A stretch of DNA of 43,720 nt from Nemertoderma westbladi (taxonomy: Eukaryota; Animalia; Xenacoelomorpha): positions 1-43,720 of the forward strand of contig JAUCBJ010000845.1 of assembly GCA_032718475.1 (NCBI GenBank), written 5' to 3'. This document shows, piece after piece, positions 36,916-43,720 of this stretch. Numbering within the stretch: the first letter of the stretch is position 1; each line of letters starts with the position of its first letter. A program made the translations under genes and the position numbers. Below the pieces are notes generated by a model. It saw only the letters and a program-made list of their open reading frames with translations, ran no database searches and had not been told where the DNA came from.

Positions 36916-37659
36916 TCACTTGCCATTCAGAGTTACGTTAGTATGTACTCCGCTTTCATTATCAACTTCTTCATTATTCGATAATTCAGTTTCTAATTCT
37001 TTCTCGGCGCTCTTTAACACATCGATATCGGCTTCCAACTGATTACAAACTCCCTCCAACGCGTAATTATTCCTAACCAACTGGAACCACCGGCGCTCCA
37101 ACCCCTCTATCTTAGACCCCGCTTCCATCTGTTGCGACTTCCGGGCCCAGTTCACTTCCTGTATAAGTTTACGTAACGACTGCAACCGATTATTCCCTAA
37201 GTCAACCAACGCGGAGAGTTCTTCGTTGTGGAGTCGCCAGGCCTCCGAGCCGTACAGTTGGAGTAGTTGTAGGTTGACCAATCGAGTCAGTTGGTGCTCC
37301 AACTGCGCCATAGAGTTATCCACTGCTTCGCTCCATGCAGACAGATCGTTTCGCCTCCCGGTGGCCGGTGGAGGCAACTCGTATCGCCTCATGCTGAGCA
37401 GCTCCAACGGCTGTTGGTTGCTGAGTCGCTCTAATCCGGCAGTGAGGGCTTCAGTCTCCCATCCGGTGGCCGTAACTGACGGTAGGTGTTCCAAGTAGTT
37501 CTTGGAGGGTTTGTAACGCTTGGTTTCCTCTTCTACTAGACTCAGCGCCGCTTCTCGCACACCCGGTTCGTCGTAGCCGCTGTCGAAGTAAGGGAGAGCG
37601 TCGATAATCACATCGGATTGGTGATGTATACCGGACGTCTGCGCGGAATGGTGTGACAT
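36916..37659 (-). CDS. BCAS2: Pre-mRNA splicing factor SPF27 (Prp19 complex), 247 aa, intronless
   Basis: IDALPYFDSGYDEPGVREAALSLVEEETKRYKPSKNYL, LSMRRYELPPP, AWSEAVDNSMAQLEHQ, IQEVNWARK. Confidence 0.95.
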   Translation of the reverse strand: MSHHSAQTSGIHHQSDVIIDALPYFDSGYDEPGVREAALSLVEEETKRYKPSKNYLEHLPSVTATGWETEALTAGLERLSNQQPLELLSMRRYELPPPATGRRNDLSAWSEAVDNSMAQLEHQLTRLVNLQLLQLYGSEAWRLHNEELSALVDLGNNRLQSLRKLIQEVNWARKSQQMEAGSKIEGLERRWFQLVRNNYALEGVCNQLEADIDVLKSAEKELETELSNNEEVDNESGVHTNVTLNGK

Positions 37660-38187
37660 TACGAGTTCAATTTATGGCAAAATCAATAAACACGAGTTCC
37701 TGAGTTCGTAACCTGTTGTGCTACATTTTACAGGTACCAATAATCTGACTGTCTGATAATTACAAAACTAACTGCAGCAACAATGTAGGCCTTTAAGCCT
37801 TTGTCAGTTTGTAGCAGTGCAGTACTGCAGTATACAACTGTACAAGTATATGCCTACTGCAGTACTAAGTAATCCGAAGTTAAACTGGGTTCCAGTTACG
37901 TGTTGGTATTGGTATTAATTATTGGTATTGCAGCATAGCCTACTATATTACAGTAATATAGTAGGCTATGTATTGCAGTATTGATTTAATGGTACCGTAC
38001 TCACAAAGTATAACATTAAATAAAATGAACAATAAAATAACACAATTAATTAAATAACACAAACATACAGTATGTGATATTAGATACTGTACTACTGCTA
38101 CTGCAGTGTAGTATTGTGTATTGAACAATGATTTACAATATTACAGGATACAATATTACTGTAATTTGGCGCTATAAATATTGTATT

Positions 38188-39060
38188 GGCCCGGTTTCAT
38201 AAAGTTGTCGTAGAGTTAACGAATGCTTACGTTATTATCGTAAATTTGGAAGTTTCGACAACACGAATACGTTTGGCTGTTTCACAACGTTATCGTTATT
38301 TTTACAAAGTTACGATAACCTAAGTTTTTTTGTATTTTAAGATAACGTAAATAACGCATGTTTCATAAATATGACGTTTACTTAAATTTCATGATTTTGC
38401 GTTACGAATATTACGTCTGGTCGCACCCACCGTAAATATTTTCGATAACGAACGGTGTAGTATATATCACGAGGTAGTAATAGCTACTAAATAGATTATA
38501 GATATAGTATGTGTGGTATGTAGAGTATGTATATAGTATGGCAAATTTTGGGCAAACATTAAAATTTAAACATTTTCTGTAAAGAGTAAAATCAACTATA
38601 GCATACAAAGTGTTCACCATAGAGTAGAGGCGTCCATTAGAGTTCGTATTGATTCTCGTGGTTGTAGCGCAAAGGCTCTTGGGATGATGCGTCGGATGGA
38701 GTCAGTAAGGCGACTCGGAAGGAGAGCGCGCGTTTTTCGGAATAGAATCAATCCATTAGATTTATATAACGACGACGATTTGTACCAGAGGTTTCGATTT
38801 AACCGTGAAGCCATTATGTTGATCAGTGCTGAGTTAGAGAGCGATCTGGACCCCCCGACCAAACGAAATTGTGCTCTATCTGCGTTACTACAAGTCCTCA
38901 TCTCATTGCACTACGTTTCTATGCTACGGGGTCATTTCAGTTAGTAATGGGAGGTAGCATTAATGTTAGCAAGGCGACAGTGTGCCGCATTGTTAGAAAA
39001 GTATCAGTTGCCCTAGCCAATAAAATGGACAAATACATGTTTTCCTACCATTCAGAAACC
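38188..39060 (+). mobile_element. Truncated PIF/Harbinger transposon: left terminus plus frameshifted N-terminal transposase (HARBI1-like)
   Basis: RVFRNRINPL...LYQRFRFNRE...ALSALLQVL, then after a frameshift near 38900 ALRFYATGSFQ...VSKATVCRIVRKVS. A Harbinger-like terminus GGCCCGGTTTCATAAAG is at 38188. The catalytic DDE region is missing. Confidence 0.85.
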
Positions 39061-39684
39061 ACTAAGGCGAACCTTGTTTCCGAGAGGAGGGTCCCGGGTG
39101 GGAGGGGATGAATAAGTTTTTAAATTGAACCCGGATTTGGGGTTGCGCGACATAAATGCGAGCCTGGGTAGATCCGCACTGCTGCACAGGGGAGCAATTT
39201 CGCTCGCACTGAACAGAACAGCTCAAAGAATAAACATTGATCCAATGACGAGAAGGACCCTTTCTTTTAATTAAATATTTTAGAATTCTAAGGGGCTTTA
39301 AGAATTCCCTTTAGAACAATTCCCTATGTAATGTCATTACTCGCGCGACCGCCCATGGGTTCCATCACCACTTCTGCCTCAACCCATACGCCTTTTTCAA
39401 TTTTTTTCAATTTCAAGATTTATTTACCAAGAAATATAATAACTATATAAATAAGTCACTGTCGACATTTCTTTGCTCATTTTTTCTAAAGTGTCGACAA
39501 TTGGACGTTTCGACATAATGGATTACAGTAGGCCTACACGTTATAAAATTATTTACATACAGTAGCTAGTTCTGTTACTATAGTCCCGTCACTGCAAACT
39601 GGATAATAAAGCAGCACGCATTAATATAAATGGAAATAATACATTCTGGAATACGGTAATTGAAGTTGTTTCCATGTCATTGAT

Positions 39685-39743
39685 TACTTTGCAGCGTTCC
39701 GACCTATAGGCCGCAACGCTGCAAAGTAGTACTTTGCAGCGTT
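39685..39743. repeat. Triple alternating inverted repeat of TACTTTGCAGCGTT
   Basis: Forward copy at 39685, reverse at 39715-39728, forward again at 39730-39743. Confidence 0.9.
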
Positions 39744-40025
39744 ACGAGTAATTCATCAGAACGCTGTTAAGTTGACATAATGTAACAAAATAAAATTATA
39801 CAGTAACTAGAGCCTATTTTTTTAAAATTAGGCAGCAGCTTATTTTTGGCTATAACTTCGCGAGTTTTAATCGTAGGGAGCTGGTTTTGGGCTTATTCTG
39901 TTCGGAATATAACGGTTTTATTCAAATTCACTTTCAATTTTATAATTTTGTTAATAAAGACAGCCGCAGATGAGAAGCCGTTATCCATTGATTGGAGACA
40001 TGGGGGGGAACTAAACGCAAATCCC

Positions 40026-40221
40026 ATCTTGGCGAATTAATATCCCGCCTCAATGTTAAATTCTCAATTTAGGGAAAGGAGCAGGTTACAATGGCACGTT
40101 ATTTTAACCAAAACAATAAACTAAACACAATAGAACAGGTTACAGTTTTATTTTTGAGAGTAAACAGCTGTTATTCGAGTCGAATTTCCCCTGGAGAGGG
40201 ATGAATTTTTATTGCTTCGAA
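40026..40221 (+). repeat. Dispersed repeat family A, longest copy
   Basis: Matches 20330-20470 directly, and 23955-24010, 31623-31802 and about 35065-35097 in reverse orientation. Confidence 0.85.
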
Positions 40222-41204
40222 AGTTCCCCCCTATCTATCTCATGTACAGCAAAGCTATCCGATTGCCCTCCACTTACCGTCTCGTATCTCAATGACTAAT
40301 TTTAAAATTTTGTCTGTTGTAATTTTTACTGGTCGCCATTTTACCTGCATGGGGTGTATAGAATAAATTATATAATTAAATATTTAATTTCATTTAAGAT
40401 TACAGTGCGAGACTTTTTACAATACAAATCAGCAATAATTTTAATAGCGACGAGAAAGACAAATTGATACAGAGATTATGAGTCTTGAAGGTAGCTACGG
40501 GAAGCAGCCTTAACAAGGCGATACTGTATGTAATCCAAAATATATGATTTGGATTGAATGCGATTTTCTTACGGGTTTTTATGTACTGTACATTAGATTT
40601 ACTCGGCTATATGGCATATTGTCAACTTTCATACAACTTTCTGTTTGTAGTGCTTTGAGCATAAAATGCCTGCGGGGTTTACGGTATGCTACTGTGGAAT
40701 AATCACGGACTGGCGTGTGATAATAGGCCACGGTCAACTTCATTAGGATGTCTCACTCGCTCGCATATCCGGAAATACAGTAGGAGTAGCGCTGTACGGT
40801 TGCTACGGTGGAACTGTGGTTTCCTCAAAAAGACATGGATAATTTACAATTAAGGCGAATATCAGGCTAATTAAATTCGGTTTATAGGATGTTCTACTGT
40901 AGCAGCACTGTATCCCTTGTCACGTGTAGCCTACCGGTAGACCCTGAAGCAATGCGACCAGAAATAATTAAAAGTTGTCCTGCCCTACAGCTGCTGTAGG
41001 CCTTCATGTACATGGGATATAAACATAGTCTAATAATATAAAACTTGAGGGTGGAGTGATAGCATGTACCATCCCAATATTTCCTAGACTTTCAATATCG
41101 TCACTCTGCCTGAACTGATATTTGCGAAATAACTTTTTCTGTCATAGCAAGATCTTGACACCTTTCATCTATGATATTTGCAATTTATTTTTGTTAAGAT
41201 CAGT

Positions 41205-41888
41205 ACTGTCGCGCTACGGAAAGTCGCTGATTCTTAGAGTAGCCGTAACGCACTTAGAAAGTCGCGGTACGGCTACTCAAAAAGTCGCGTTACGGCTAAT
41301 TATTATTATTGCTATGTATTGATTTCCAAAGTACTCAATAGGTATATCGGAATACATTGAATATGAAAGTATATTAGTATATTGCCGCAATACTGCGCTT
41401 TGAATTAATAATCAAAGTATAGAAAATAAAATAATAAAAAAAATATTCAAAGTATCTAAAATGAAAGCTCTTGAATTAGCCAATCATCGGACGCGTATGG
41501 CTAGATGGCACTTGGTTCGGTGGTGGGGTGGGTTGGAATGGTTCGGCCGCGAAGGGGTGGTTCACTACAGCAACATGTCAGTCGGGATCACCACCCTCTC
41601 CCAATGCAGCTGGACCTTCAACTTTGGTGGGTTCCCCACAGAATACAATATATTGAATGTGAGGTTGTCGAATAAGAACATGGGAAAGATGGTAAAAATC
41701 CCCCCCCCCCCCCCGGAGACTCCCATGCTGTAAACCATTATTACATTTCTCGGACCTCATCTGTAAACACCATAGAATAATATTGATGATGATTTCCAAT
41801 GTAAAACCAAGACAATAGATTAGCCGTAACGCGACAATTTGCCGTAACGCGACTTTTTGAGTAGCCGTACTACGACCTTGAAAGTCGC

Positions 41889-41926
<38 letters not shown>

Positions 41927-41980
41927 CTTTACGGCTACTCTCCCACAATATTAGCCGTAACGCCAGAACGCGACGACACC
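41205..41980. mobile_element. Foldback/TIR-type non-autonomous element with modular inverted arms
   Basis: GTACGGCTACTCAAAAAGTCGCGTTACGGC (about 41267-41296) is the exact reverse complement of 41841-41870. GCCGTAACGC/TACGGCTA modules recur in both arms. No TSD identified. Confidence 0.75.
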
Positions 41981-42682
41981 CCGGTACATCCTTAGTTACA
42001 GACTCAACTCTCAAGCACAGGTGCGGATTATGTTCAGATTTGAATTTACTTTCATTTTGTCATTCTCCAACTGCGTTATATATAATAACTTTTCAATTAA
42101 ATAACAAGAATTAAATAGTTACATACATTAAAGCTACTGTATGACAATAATTTAATGCAATTGATAATTTTAGATAGCTCAGATTATTGTTAAATATGCT
42201 GTGATCACATCCAACCGCGAGCCGGTAGCTATGCAGCTGCGACGGGAACTCGGAAAGGAATTGATTGAAAAAGGGGAAGAAAACCGACAATAAAATACAG
42301 TACGTGGATTTTATCAACGAAAGTGCGAACAATCTTCCAAGCCGCGAGCAACAGGTCATTTATTGTGCCATAAAAATTGTATAACTTTTTGTTGGACACA
42401 GTTTTTGCAAAGTCGGCAATGACGTCCAGGCGGGGTTCCCCACAGAATACAATATATTGAATGTGAGGTTGTCGAATGTACTGGGTGTACTGTATACTGA
42501 ATACTGTGTACTGTGTACTGATGTGTGCTTACTAATGTACTGCTGCGCCTAGGCAGTCTGGCAGTGTGACCCTATCTATCTAACCTAATTATCAATATCA
42601 ACGGTATTGCGGTATCGGCAACATCAAAACGACAGCTATAAACCACACCGCCACTCGATATATAATCGAACTTATAGCGACC

Positions 42683-43402
42683 ATGACAACGATACCAACC
42701 GGGACGTGGAATAATGTCGGTCCGCAAATAATCGCCGCACTGAACGAGATCCGGGGCGATCTGAAAAAGGTTAGCTCCGAAACTGCACTCATTGCTGCAC
42801 TTACTAATAAGGTACAAACCCTAGAAAATGCGCTAGACAACGCTATGTCTACCAACGAGTCTCTCACTACGGACGTAGAAAAACTTAAAGATATAATTAG
42901 TGACAACAACCTTACAACAACAGGACGTATCGCGCTTGAATCCGAACAAGACGGAATACAGCAATACATACGTCGACATAATATTCTAATACGTGGAATT
43001 CCTGAACAGAGAAACGCAGACGAAGAACGACGTAATCTGATCTCTTTACTATCCACTATTTCGGTCGATATAAACTCAGTAGATGTATTTCATCGTCTCG
43101 GCGTTAGGAACAAACAGGCCCCAGGTAGAATCCGCCCTCTTATAATCCGTTTCTTTGGGCATAGTACACGTATTGTCGCGCTCCGAAACCGATCGCTACT
43201 ACCCAAGGATATATTCATTTCCGAGCACCTAACTAAACCCAGAGCCGAGATCCTAAACGCTGCCCTAAAATTGAAGAAAACAAATCGTATCCACTCTGCG
43301 TATTCCTACAACGGAGACATAATGATAAAGGTCGGTAAAGATAGCCCCATACGCCGCTTACTATCAATGGGAGACCTCACGAAACTTTGCAATGAGGTTT
43401 GA
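42683..43402 (+). mobile_element. LINE ORF1p-like protein (coiled coil, RRM, C-terminal domain), 239 aa, intact
   Basis: Heptad region followed by QQYIRRHNILIRGIPE, HRLG, RPLIIRF, IFISEHLT, SAYSYNGDIMIK. A GTACTG-rich simple repeat lies upstream (42478-42545). Confidence 0.85.
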
Positions 43403-43720
43403 AACATTTAAAAAGTTGCCATGCCTTCACTGGCTCACTTACTGTACAACATATGATTGATTTTATATAGGTTTACCCTACCGGGCCGGTACCGGTACCG
43501 AACTCATGCTATAATTTTCGAAGAATATATCAAATTAGTTAGTTCCTTATTGAAATCGACGAACTTAGGAATATCCTCACCAGTTTAAGGTTTTAATATA
43601 ACATGTAAAGCGAGATAATTACGTAGTTCTGAAAAATTCCAGGACATCCCTAGAATATCATATATTCTTTTTTAAAGATATTGAAAGCGAGATAATTACG
43701 TAGTTCTGAAGGTAATATCA

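Overview
Eukaryotic, most likely animal, AT-rich genomic DNA in two parts. (1) Positions 1-17859 are a single 23-bp tandem satellite (consensus TCAGAAACTATTGGGAACTTCTT, about 776 monomers, running off the left edge) with nested higher-order structure (offsets 506, 759, 2852 and 7097 bp). All long + strand ORFs there are repeat artefacts. The array starts inside the stop codon of an intronless, bacterial-type DUF924 gene. The only two out-of-register monomers (after 4010 and 11107) fall exactly where internal copies of the array's gene-proximal end stop. (2) Positions 17860-43720 hold five uninterrupted CDSs: DUF924, AHI1/jouberin, IFT27, an unknown Cys-rich secreted or GPI-type protein, and BCAS2/SPF27. 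Between them lie further young tandem arrays (21 bp x about 27, 17 bp x 3, 331 bp x 4 with Helitron-like features), a MITE with a 9-bp TSD, a Harbinger transposase relic, LINE fragments, palindromes and poly-G/C tracts. The intronless conserved genes suggest an intron-poor animal lineage; a glass sponge is one candidate, by inference only.
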